DNA of 63,884 bases, filler included, from Collodictyon triciliatum (lineage: Eukaryota): assembly GCA_043381765.1 (NCBI GenBank). It is 31 parts of 31 records of this genome, joined end to end, with 100 filler letters (N's around TTAATTAATTAA, not from the genome) between each part and the next. Parts side by side here need not be neighbours in the genome. Positions count along the whole stretch, not along the records: positions 51,644 to 53,601 come from JBHJMP010009818.1; positions 53,702 to 55,658 come from JBHJMP010009819.1; positions 55,759 to 57,715 come from JBHJMP010009820.1; positions 57,816 to 59,772 come from JBHJMP010009821.1; positions 59,873 to 61,829 come from JBHJMP010009822.1; positions 61,930 to 63,884 come from JBHJMP010009823.1; 25 more parts are not named here. The stretch is one strand, 5' to 3'. Numbering within the stretch: position 1 is the first letter of the stretch; the number at the start of each line of letters is the position of its first letter. The notes beneath the pieces are model-generated. The model ran no database searches. It was given only the letters and a program-made list of their open reading frames with translations, and was not told where the DNA came from. Made by a program: the position numbers and the translations under genes. Positions 53,487 through 63,884 of this stretch are shown in pieces.

Positions 53487-53601
53487 TTTTATTCTAAAAA
53501 TCTTAGCTGTTGAGCCCGTCTCAACAATCTTTCATTCAACCATCAGGCAAGTAGTTCCAAAGTAGGTGGTGATGTGTGGGAGATAGAAAAGAAAAACAGG
53601 G
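53487..53601 (-). mobile_element. Repeat family C, copy 2 (3' end)
   Basis: Near-identical to 17904-18019. Confidence 0.85.
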
Positions 53602-53701
53602 NNNNNNNNNNNNNNNNNNNNNNNNNNNNNNNNNNNNNNNNNNNNTTAATTAATTAANNNNNNNNNNNNNNNNNNNNNNNNNNNNNNNNNNNNNNNNNNN
53701 N

Positions 53702-54027
53702 CAAACGAACCTCACTTCTCTTTTCACCATCCTTTTCGACAGCTTGCGCCATCAAAGCAGTATTCCCCCACCTCCATCCAATCAATATCACCCGTCCCTT
53801 TTTTTTTCTCATACTCGCGGGACACTATCATGCGTCCCCAAAAGAAATCCATGCGTCTCATATCAAGCCTCAAGGACATCTCTTTTCCCTTTTTTTCCTT
53901 TTATCTTTATCCCTTTTTTCTTTTTTACTATCTCCCTTACATCACCGCCTACTTTGGAACTACTGCATGATGGTTGAATGAAAGATTGTTGAGACGGGCT
54001 CAACAGCTAAGACTTTTAGAATAAAAA
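53702..54027 (+). mobile_element. Repeat family C, copy 3
   Basis: Reverse complement of ~17904-18221 with few differences; ends ...CTTTTAGAATAAAAA. Confidence 0.85.
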
Positions 54028-54555
54028 GAGGTTTGTAGATTTGAATATCGCTTACCAGCATAATTAAGTACAATAACATGATTTCCAGCTTTAGATGAAG
54101 CTTATTTGGAATTGTTTCAATTACGCACTTTTGTCTCATTTTTCAATGAAATGCACCAAAGTGGAGAAGACGCTTTTTTTTTATAAAAAAATAACTCAGT
54201 TCATCCAAATTTTTTCGTTTTGTAACACCAACTCGCTTCAGCGCGCAAGAATCTATAGACAACCCCCGGACCCTCGCGCATTTATCAACGAATCAGCCCG
54301 GCCTCGCGGAAACAGGCCTCCAGGCGACGGGCTTGACCCAACACACCTAAACCCCGGGTTGGTTACTGTGACTTCCATCTTATACTAAATAACTAATTAT
54401 TTTTTTTTTGCTTTATTCGATAAATAGAAAAGTCTGTACTTTTCTACAGCCCGATGTAGTGGTCGCACCTTGGCTGGTGGTACGGATTTGTACTGGGTTT
54501 GGGTTAGGGTCAGCTCGGTATGGAAGCTGAATCTATGACTCGTCACTATTCGCTC

Positions 54556-54653
54556 GTGAGGGAAGGATAGTTTTTTCCCCCTTTATTCGAGTGAGAGAAG
54601 GATAATTAATATTCTGACACTTTGAATCGAATAAAGGAAAAAAAATATTCTGA
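54556..54653. mobile_element. Two adjacent family A micro-insertions in opposite orientations
   Basis: 54571-54590 (minus, TCGAATAAAGGGGGAAAAAA) between GTGAGGGAAGGATAG/GTGAGAGAAGGATAA; 54618-54643 (plus) between two AATATTCTGA. Confidence 0.8.
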
Positions 54654-54748
54654 AGAGCTGCAACCATCAGGGGCTCTGGCCTGAATTCGATCCGAGGCAT
54701 AATTTCCTCATGAAGACGATTGACCACACAGTTACCCTGCCACCCTCG

Positions 54749-55658
54749 CAACACAACACAACAACACAACAACACAACAACACAACAACACAACAACACA
54801 ACAACACACCAACACAACAACACACCAACACAACAACACAACAACACACCAACACCATATCATATCATTTCACAGCATTTCATAGCATTTCATAGCATTT
54901 CATAGCATTTCATAGCATTTCATAGCATTTCATAGCATTTCATAGCATTTCATAGCATTTCATAGCATACCATACCATACCATACCATACCATACCATAC
55001 CATAGCATACCATACCATACCATAGCATACCATACCATAGCATACCATACCATACCATAGCATACCATACCATACCATACCATACCATACCATACCATAC
55101 CATACCATACCATACCATACCATAGCATACCATACCATAGCATACCATACCATAGCATACCATACCATAGCATACCATAGCATACCATAGCATACCATAG
55201 CATACCATACCATACCATAGCATACCATACCATAGCATACCATACCATAGCATACCATACCATAGCATACCATAGCATACCATACCATAGCATACCATAC
55301 CATAGCATACCATACCATAGCATACCATACCATATTACCATACCATATTACCATACCATATTACCATACCATATTACCATAGCATATCATACCATAGCAT
55401 ACCATAGCATACCATACCATACCATAGCATAGCATACCATACCATAGCATACCATACCATAGCATACCATAGCATACCATAGCATACCATAGCATACCAT
55501 AGCATAGCACACCATAGCATAGCATACCATACCATAGCATAGCATAACATACCATACCATAGCATACCATACCATAGCATACCATACCATAGCATACCAT
55601 ACCATAGCATACCATACCATAGCATACCATACCATAGCATACCATACCATAGCATACC
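54749..55658 (+). repeat. Compound satellite: CA-rich 8-mer, then CATAGCATTT 10-mer, then CATAC/CATAG pentamer mosaic
   Basis: Tandem units directly visible. Confidence 0.95.
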
Positions 55659-55758
55659 NNNNNNNNNNNNNNNNNNNNNNNNNNNNNNNNNNNNNNNNNN
55701 NNTTAATTAATTAANNNNNNNNNNNNNNNNNNNNNNNNNNNNNNNNNNNNNNNNNNNN

Positions 55759-55828
<70 letters not shown>

Positions 55829-57622
55829 AACCCTAATCTTCTTCAATTTTGAATCGAAGTAAAAAAAAAAAAAAAAAAAAAAATTGCAAGTCAGCGATAG
55901 GTGCTATGTTTTATCAACGAGAATTGCAGTCGCGTATTTTGGAGACATCCTGCAAGGGGGACTGAGATGCGTTCTTACCACTGGTGAATAATTATTCGGG
56001 TGTCTTTGCCATACACAAAAATAAATAAATATGTTTGAAATAATTACAGCTCAAAATAAAAAATTGTCTCAAGAATATGTACATCATAGAATAAAATACG
56101 ACACTATACCTTGAGTTGAGACAGAGAATATGTAAAATCAATCGCAGCTTGTTTCATCTCCGATGCCTTAATCATAGCGAAATTTAGATGAGCAACGATG
56201 ATAAAAGAATAGGATTAATTGGCCATGGTCATGTACAACTTCCCTCCTTGCACAAAAAAACCCGTATTTGTATGGAACCATAAGAATAGGGAGAAATTTT
56301 TTAGATAATAAAGAAAAAAGAAATAATACATTGAAAAATCATTTGGTTAATTCGTTGCTAAGAAACATATACAGTACGAATATTTACGTAATTCGTTTTG
56401 AACGACACAAGGTCATGTCCATTTTCAAACTTGTACTCGAACTCAAAAAGACTGTCGAAAGGCCTGGAGTGGAAAGCTCGGATGCTCTTATAGTCGTAAG
56501 TTTCGATAATTTCCTATTTTTTTTTATTTCTTGAGTTGCGCACTTCAAATCACTAATTCGTACTAATTGCTTAATGGTGATGTAGTCGTGACTTCTTTCA
56601 CGAAATCATGAGAAAAATGAGGACATCTCATGTAAGAATGTATTTGAATCGCAAATACTACCTCTGTTTTCTTGTTCAAAACAGAAATACCATCGAAGCC
56701 AAATTCCTAATTCATTTTGGTGAATATATATATGCAATATAACTGGACTTTGAATCTTAAATGTATGCTACATTTGGAGAAAAAAATAAGGAAACAAACC
56801 AAAATAACTTTCCGGGGTTCTAGTTTCCTCTATTAATAATAAATGGGCATAGAGCGATCAAGGGATAATTGAGTAATATAGAGAAACGTTATGAATTCAA
56901 AAGACACAGTTTGGTATTAGTGCTTCCTTTCATTTGGCAAAAATAGGTTTATCATTAAAAGGAAAGTAGATTTACTTTGCCTTCGAACCTCTGTATTTTC
57001 TTAGGATGCTGGAATTCGACAGTATCTGTTTCTCTTCCAGAAGGTTTCAAAGCTTCAGTATTTTCCCCTACTTCGCCAGACACCTGGGGAGTATCAATGT
57101 GATCGATGTTCTCCACATTCGAAGCGACTTCTTCATCCTCATTTTCAAGTATCGGAGCAGCTACAAAGCCTTAAAAGAATACAGAACACCAAAAGGTAAT
57201 ATTTACATACTGGGTATAAAGAAAGAGTTGGCGAGTATGTCAGTGCTACCAGATGTGTTTTTTATAATATATATATCTTTAAACCTGGGTGATATAAGCT
57301 TAAGTAAATATTGAAAATAGCAAGGAACAAAGTAAAAAAAAAAGTCTAGGGTCATCTTCAAGTCAGTGCAATCCAAAATCACGAACCTTGAGTCGACCTC
57401 GCTTGGGATCGTGAGACAGTAGATAAGACATTTTGAAACCATGAATTCGATCTTTTCCTCTGAGACATCTGACAAGTCCCTTATATTTCTAGTGATGTTC
57501 TAAGGGAAGAAGGTATAGTATTTTGTTGGGTGGTCTTTTTCTTCCCTCCTATCTCCCTTTCAAAGCTTTCTCCTTTTTGTTTGTTTGTTTATTTTATTTT
57601 GCTTTGCTTTGTTTTGTTTTGT

Positions 57623-57653
<31 letters not shown>

Positions 57654-57928
57654 GTTTTGTTTTGTTTTGTTTTGTTTTGTTTTGTTTTGTTTTGTTTTGT
57701 TTTGTTTTGTTTTGTNNNNNNNNNNNNNNNNNNNNNNNNNNNNNNNNNNNNNNNNNNNNTTAATTAATTAANNNNNNNNNNNNNNNNNNNNNNNNNNNNN
57801 NNNNNNNNNNNNNNNCTCTTTCTCTTTCTCTTTCTCTTTTCCCTTTTCTCTTTTCTCTTTTCTCTTTTCTCTTTTCTCTTTTCCAATTATACATATCGGG
57901 GGGTCCGCCTAACTCTGGAACATCGCAG

Positions 57929-59027
57929 GGGGGTGCTGCAGTTGCTGTCAAGATGGACGTGTCCAGCGAGAAAGATGTTGATGATGGCGCATCTCATATC
58001 CTGAGCCACTTTGGCCAGCCTGTCTACTCATTGGTTTCAAACGCGGGATTGCAGCATATTCAGCCTTTGCACGAGCTTAAGTATGAGTCTTGGAAGAAAA
58101 TGATGGGCGTTCATTTGGATGGTGCCTTCCTCACCACCCGAGCTTGTATGAAACAGGCCGGTCTAAATTATAAATAAGTGATAAAGCTATAATTGAATTA
58201 TTGGCTAAGAATTCAGTCGATGGTCTCAACTTTCATCGCTCTTGATAACAAACTATCACCTTTTAGATGATAGAACACAAAACGGGAGGCTCGATTCTCT
58301 ACATGGGCTCAATTCATTCCAAGGAGGCATCCAAGTTAAAAGCGCCTTATGTTGCTGCCAAGCATGCGTTGATTGGCTTATGTAAAGTATGAATTTGCTA
58401 AATATAAATTCTGTTTTAGTCAGTTTTTGAAAGAAGCCACAGAGAAATATGCACCAGCCAAGAATACTCAAAGGATTGCCCAAATTGATCATTTATATAG
58501 TATAGTTATTTGAGCGCACATGTTTATGAATATGCGTTTATAGGCTGTTGCTAAGGAGGGAGCCGAACACAAGATATGGTCGAATGTCATATGTCCGGGT
58601 TATGTAAAGACTCCTCTTGTTATGAACCAAATACCACAACAAGCCAAGCAATTTGGAATCACTGAGGAGGAGGTATGCTTTTCATGAATGTTATTTTATT
58701 TTTTTCATCCGCTCATCCATTAAAAATAATCAATGGCTGCTATAATATGAAAAGGATATTACGACGTATGTCCCAATTTTCGACTGGGTACATTTAATTG
58801 GGTGCTTTGAATAGTTTGTTTCTTTGCTAAGTTTTAACCGGTCCTACAACAAACGAACTTTGTAAACATCTTAGGTTATCAAAAATATCTTCCTTAAAGA
58901 TACCGTGGATTACGAATTCACAACGCCCGAGGACATCGCACAAGTGACCTGGTTCTTTGCCGCGTTTTCAAATCGCGCATTGACGGGCCAGTCACTAAAT
59001 GCATCTCACGGATGGTGCATGCACTAA
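57929..59027 (+). CDS. bdhA: Bacterial-type D-3-hydroxybutyrate dehydrogenase (SDR); exons 57929-58156, 58267-58386, 58544-58672, 58875-59027; 5' truncated
   Basis: [39 protein letters not shown] (YxxxK), [23 protein letters not shown]. Confidence 0.88.
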
Positions 59028-59580
59028 TCTCTTGCCCACACCAGAGATGCGGTCAATAATCTTTTGCAATGTGCTGGCTGCTGGAATAAAGAGAAACAGA
59101 TACAGAAGAGAAAAAAAAAGTTTTCTAACAAAGTGGCAGCATTGTGTTGGTGCTTGTGGCGAATTATAAATTCCAGATTCGATTGGAAGCTTCTTCGGAA
59201 GGCGATCCATTCCCGTTCTTATCCGATTCCGAGAAAAAGTGAGAGTGACGCAAATGCGCGGGTGGGGAGTGCAAATCTCAGTCGATTGTGTCAACTTTGG
59301 CGGCGGTGTGAATCTGCCAACGCGGCAAAGAGCAACACGGGACTTTGAGTCTTGTTTTCCGACTTATTTTGCGGGCCCTTTGAGAAGAGATGAGGACGAA
59401 CTGATCGGCTCATAATTCAGCAACGCCACGTTACACACTCGAGGTGTAGTCGTAGTAAACAAAAGCTGCAAAGGATATTTGTATCACTCTGGCCAGCCTG
59501 GGTGCTATGATCTCGGTACTAAAATCAAGGATGCAAGCTCTAGGGCAAGTCGCAGGGAAAGACAGAACAGTTGAGTAGAA

Positions 59581-59631
59581 ATGGTCAAGACTTGGTTGCC
59601 TTTGGAAGCAAACCCTGAAGTCATGAATAAG
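59581..59631 (+). CDS. Ubiquitin C-terminal hydrolase (peptidase C12, UCH-L3-like), first exon
   Basis: MVKTWLPLEANPEVMNK followed by a GT donor. Confidence 0.8.
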
Positions 59632-59678
59632 GTTCTCGTTATTTTTTTAAAGCCACATAGTTTTTTTTCTTTTTTGTT

Positions 59679-59771
<93 letters not shown>

Positions 59772-60534
59772 GNNNNNNNNNNNNNNNNNNNNNNNNNNNN
59801 NNNNNNNNNNNNNNNNTTAATTAATTAANNNNNNNNNNNNNNNNNNNNNNNNNNNNNNNNNNNNNNNNNNNNTTTGTTTATTTTAACAACACCGCCGTGT
59901 AGCGTTGCGCCACAGAAAAGACTTGGCGAGCGGATTATTTTGATGAGGACTTTTGTGGCTTAAGGTCACATACTAAATTTACGATATGTTATGTTTGCTA
60001 TTAGATTAGGACACACGCGCGTGGCGTTTTGGGGGTAAAACTACTTAAGTTACATGAGTATATAAATGTGTGATAATTATCATATTTTTATCATATTTTA
60101 CTATAATTAATGGCATAGAAACATATATAGAACGTATGATTATAATTTCCACAAGTATTTCACAAAAATAGATTTTTGTGGTCATAGCCTAATCCACCAA
60201 TCAAAATGCGACACAACGCCCGCCCTGGATTTATAGGCTCTCTTGTGACGGGCGTGTGCCGCTCTATAAAACGGCCAACAATTCCGCTGGCAATTGCACC
60301 GCACGTCGGTTTCGGGCGGCAAAGATTAAAGGCGAACAAAGATATGTCAAAAGTGTGAGAGGTACAAAACTGCAAAGAATGCCAAAAAAGCAGAAGACAA
60401 ATGGTTCTTTTTTTCCCTTCCTTTATTCGATTCAGGATGAAGACACAAAATACTTAGAAACACCAATATCCTCTTCTTACGCATTTTCACTTAATACCAG
60501 CCATTCTAAAGGACAAGATAGATATCCTCGTAGA

Positions 60535-61386
60535 ATGAAGGTATAGTTGGTTTTTTCTTTTTTATTGGACATGTATTTGCCGTCATTTTCTTCTAGCATG
60601 TCGGCTTTTTTTCTCGAAGGCAAATATAGATAGCAAAGCCGGCGAAGGAGAAAACCTCAAAGATACCCAAAGAATATACCCCAAGATTTTTGGCGACAGC
60701 ATTACATGTTTTCAACTGAACTCGCGACCGCGTATCAGTACCCTCATCTTCAAGATTTTTTCTATTGAATTATTCCACCTGCAGACCTTCGAAGAGTTTT
60801 ATCCATACTACCTAAAAGAGCACTCCAACCCTTACAACCGTATTTTACACTTTATTGGGACATCGGGTGCTATCTACTTCGTATGTCCACTAGAATTAAG
60901 AACTCATCTACCCATTTTGTTTTTCGACTTTATTCTTTTTGAAAAATTGCGAGGAAAATGTGCTTACTACATAATCGTTGTAAAGGTATTGATGGCCTTT
61001 GTAAGGCTCACCCCCATGAACATCCTGAGTGGATTTATCTGCTTATATAGCTTTGCATGGTACGAATATTTAACCATTCGCGCTACATGAAATCAATACT
61101 CAACCTTCTCTTTACTGGCAGGGTGGGTCACTTCTTCATCGAGCACAACAAACCAGCCACGTTCAAAGTATTCGCGATTTAAAATACTACAAAAGATAAC
61201 ACAATCATGAACATACTCAGCAGAATACAACTTTGTAAATCCCCAAGTTTATCATTAAGAATTAACTTTTCAACCTGCTGATAGTATCCTGGATGGTCGC
61301 TGAGGGCTGATTTGCGCATGTATCGCCAACTGCTTACTGGACACCTGAGTCTTTATTCGCACTATCGCACACCGATTCGCAAATAA
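60535..61386 (+). CDS. Mpo1-like / DUF962 membrane protein, multi-exon, apparently complete
   Basis: TFEEFYPYYLKEHSNPYNRILHFIGT, FAWVGHFFIEHNKPATFKYP..SLRADLRM. Confidence 0.85.
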
Positions 61387-62097
61387 AGCATTCGCTGGCA
61401 CCACTACAGCACAGAATAAACCCATCCAAAGACATTTCACACGGACATCCTTTCAAGCGACGATTCGTTATGCGGCCTACATACCTTCTTTCCAGATTAT
61501 CTTACCCCCAACAGCCAAAGTAATTTTATTTGTCATTTCCGCATTTGAAAAACATATTTGGTATGATTAAATTTGAACTGTTACTTGCGCAGCGCGGTTT
61601 TTTTGAGGCGATCCAGAAGCACGCGCTTTTCTCTTCCCTTTCGTCCATCTATACCCTTTCCCCTCACCCTTTTTCTTCAACGGAGCATCGGGATCTGGAG
61701 AGATACGGCCTATTATTCGAACTTTAATAACTTCCCCATAGAAATGCTTAAAAAGTATAGCAGATATAAAAACAAAAAAACAAAAAAACAAAAAAACAAA
61801 AAAAACAAAAAAAACAAAAAAACAAAAAANNNNNNNNNNNNNNNNNNNNNNNNNNNNNNNNNNNNNNNNNNNNTTAATTAATTAANNNNNNNNNNNNNNN
61901 NNNNNNNNNNNNNNNNNNNNNNNNNNNNNATAATGATAATGATAATGATAATGATAATGATAATGATAATGATAATGATAATGATAATGATAATGATAAT
62001 GATAATGATAATGATAATGATAATGATAATGATAATGATAATGATAATGATAATGACAATGACAATGACAATGATAACAAAACTAGAAGGAGCATAC

Positions 62098-63611
62098 ATT
62101 TAAAAAGTGTTATAAACGTTAGTGCTTGAAGGCTGACTTCTGGGAATTTGGAATGGAGGAGTACTCTAACAATATGCAAACCCTCTGCTTCCTCCAACTT
62201 TAAAAGTGCATCAGCTGTCGTAAAGAGAACAAATAAGCACATAAATGTTGATATAAAAAACACTCAGTTTTATCTAAAGGCATATATGTTCTACTTTATT
62301 CATACAGGTCCGAAATAGGGATATAGAATGTTTGAGTTCGCTAAACAATACCATTTGATATTATATTAAATAGTGTGGATGCGATATTCAATTGAATCAT
62401 TTGGTCCTGAGAAGTACAAAGGTAGTATGTTGGTTGTAGTCCTCCATTCTTTGTAAAGTAAGTCAATGACAGTGGCTTCACTACGATTATTGGTTAAGGT
62501 TGTGACGTGATGAAAGTATTTATGATTAGAAGGAAGAGGAGGAATTGAAAAAGACCAAAAAAATAACATTTCGAAATATAAAGCTGAGCAGGTTTTTACA
62601 CAAATACACCAGGAATATACTAACATCAGAGTAATATAAATGTATTAAAAACGTATCTAGTAAATTTAATAAAATAAATTTATTATGTTATGAAAAATAC
62701 ATTTTTCTGTTAAATTCCTCAGCCCAAGACTTGTGTATTGCTGTATTTCCTTGTCCATGGAATATGCAAAACAAACAAGACATTGCAATCCACCCTCATT
62801 TATGATGTGTTGTTTTAATTCAGCTATTTTGATTTAAAAAATGTATAAATGGACCACCATTAAATCTCCCGATGCAATAAAAAAAGAAAATTGCAGGTTT
62901 TTTATTTTCCCTTTTATTCGATTCAAAGTTGAATGAATACAAGCGTAAATATGTCTTCTTTTCCTCTTCTTTTTTTTTTCACCATAAATATTCGAGTCAT
63001 TAATATGCATAAAGTTAACCTTCGTCTATAGCGCATAAACTAGATAATGCTCTTGCCGCATCTCTTTGAATTTGAACATCAGAAGACCTTGTCATTCCAA
63101 TTATCAATTGAAGATGTTCGTGTATGGCTACTTCACAATTTTCGACTAAAAATAGTGATATGAAATAAAATAAAATTATCTTAGATTATGATATTACAGC
63201 CGCATCATACATCAGAATCGTTATTTCTAAGATAGGAATATTAATAAATAAAAGCATTTTTTTCAAGGTCGGAATGGGCCTCACTTTCTTCTACTAGGTT
63301 AGCGAACGTAGCAATTATGATGCGCTGTATTTTTTGACTTTTTGACGAACTGAGCTTCCTAAAACATCGAAGCACTCCTGAGGAAACCATCCCTACTCTG
63401 TTTTTACCTGTAAAGAAAATTGATCATGTCAGAGTGGAACATAAATTGGCCTTTAACTTGTGGCTCCTTTGTGAATCAAATATGCTAAAATATGTGCGAT
63501 GAATGTTACGGTTCTTGGCCATATTTTCAAAAGTTTCACAGATGAGAAGGGTAACAAGCCCATCATGGATATCGCATAGCTTGGTCAACGTATCGATAAT
63601 ACCCATCAACC
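62098..63611 (-). CDS. Armadillo-repeat protein, internal exons
   Basis: NRVGMVSSGVLRCF..., SSDVQIQRDAARALSSL, GGLQCLV...DKEIQQYTSLGLRNL, GLHIVRVLLHS. Confidence 0.7.
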
Positions 63612-63690
63612 TTACATCATAGCCATCTAGGTAGCAAAAGTATGTAAAAAGGATATAAAAAGATATGGTATGCAGCTTTCATTTTGTTTT

Positions 63691-63884
63691 GTTTGATTAT
63701 GTTTGATTATGTTTGGTTATGTTTGGTTATGTTTGGTTATGTTTGATTATGTTTGATTATGTTTGATTATGTTTGATTATGTTTGATTATGTTTGATTAT
63801 GTTTGATTATGTTTGATTATGTTTGATTATGTTTGATTATGTTTGATTATGTTTGGTTATGTTTGATTATGTTTGATTATGTTT
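63691..63884 (+). repeat. 10-bp tandem repeat (GTTTGATTAT)n
   Basis: Directly visible, with GGTTAT variants. Confidence 0.95.

Noticed and set aside
53487-54027. Two family C pieces as terminal inverted repeats of one element
   Set aside because: They are on different contigs separated by a linker; adjacency is due to length sorting.

Overview
This window is not contiguous DNA. It is a pseudo-scaffold of about 31 short contigs (~1.95-1.97 kb, in roughly decreasing length order) joined by artificial 100-bp spacers (44 N + TTAATTAATTAA + 44 N). The source is an AT-rich, microsatellite-rich microbial eukaryote (amoeba/protist-like, by inference) with spliceosomal introns and the standard genetic code. 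Recognisable gene fragments: LRR protein, divergent ubiquitin, Vps72/YL1, NACHT-like NTPase, WD40 array, EEF1AKMT2/METTL10, BLOC1S2, ankyrin protein, NPC1-like, a GTPase with a Zn-ribbon insert, Kelch/CUB-like protein, SNX-BAR, KIAA0930/DUF2045, CAMK-group kinase with poly-SQ, CH+DUF4062 pseudogene, seipin, bacterial-type 3-hydroxybutyrate dehydrogenase, UCH, Mpo1/DUF962 and an ARM-repeat protein. There are also many L1/Tx1-like fragments and intron-bearing pseudogenes. Most notable: (1) two families of ultra-short (20-59 bp) AATAAA/poly(A)-tailed insertions flanked by 10-19 bp target-site duplications in several independent contigs; (2) a decayed Fanzor (eukaryotic TnpB-like) gene preceded by three Mimivirus-early-promoter-like AAATTGA motifs; (3) an L1-like copy with twin-priming inversion geometry; (4) NLR-like parts (NACHT, DUF4062, internally conserved WD40 repeats). 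Family calls come from motif recognition only; no searches were run.
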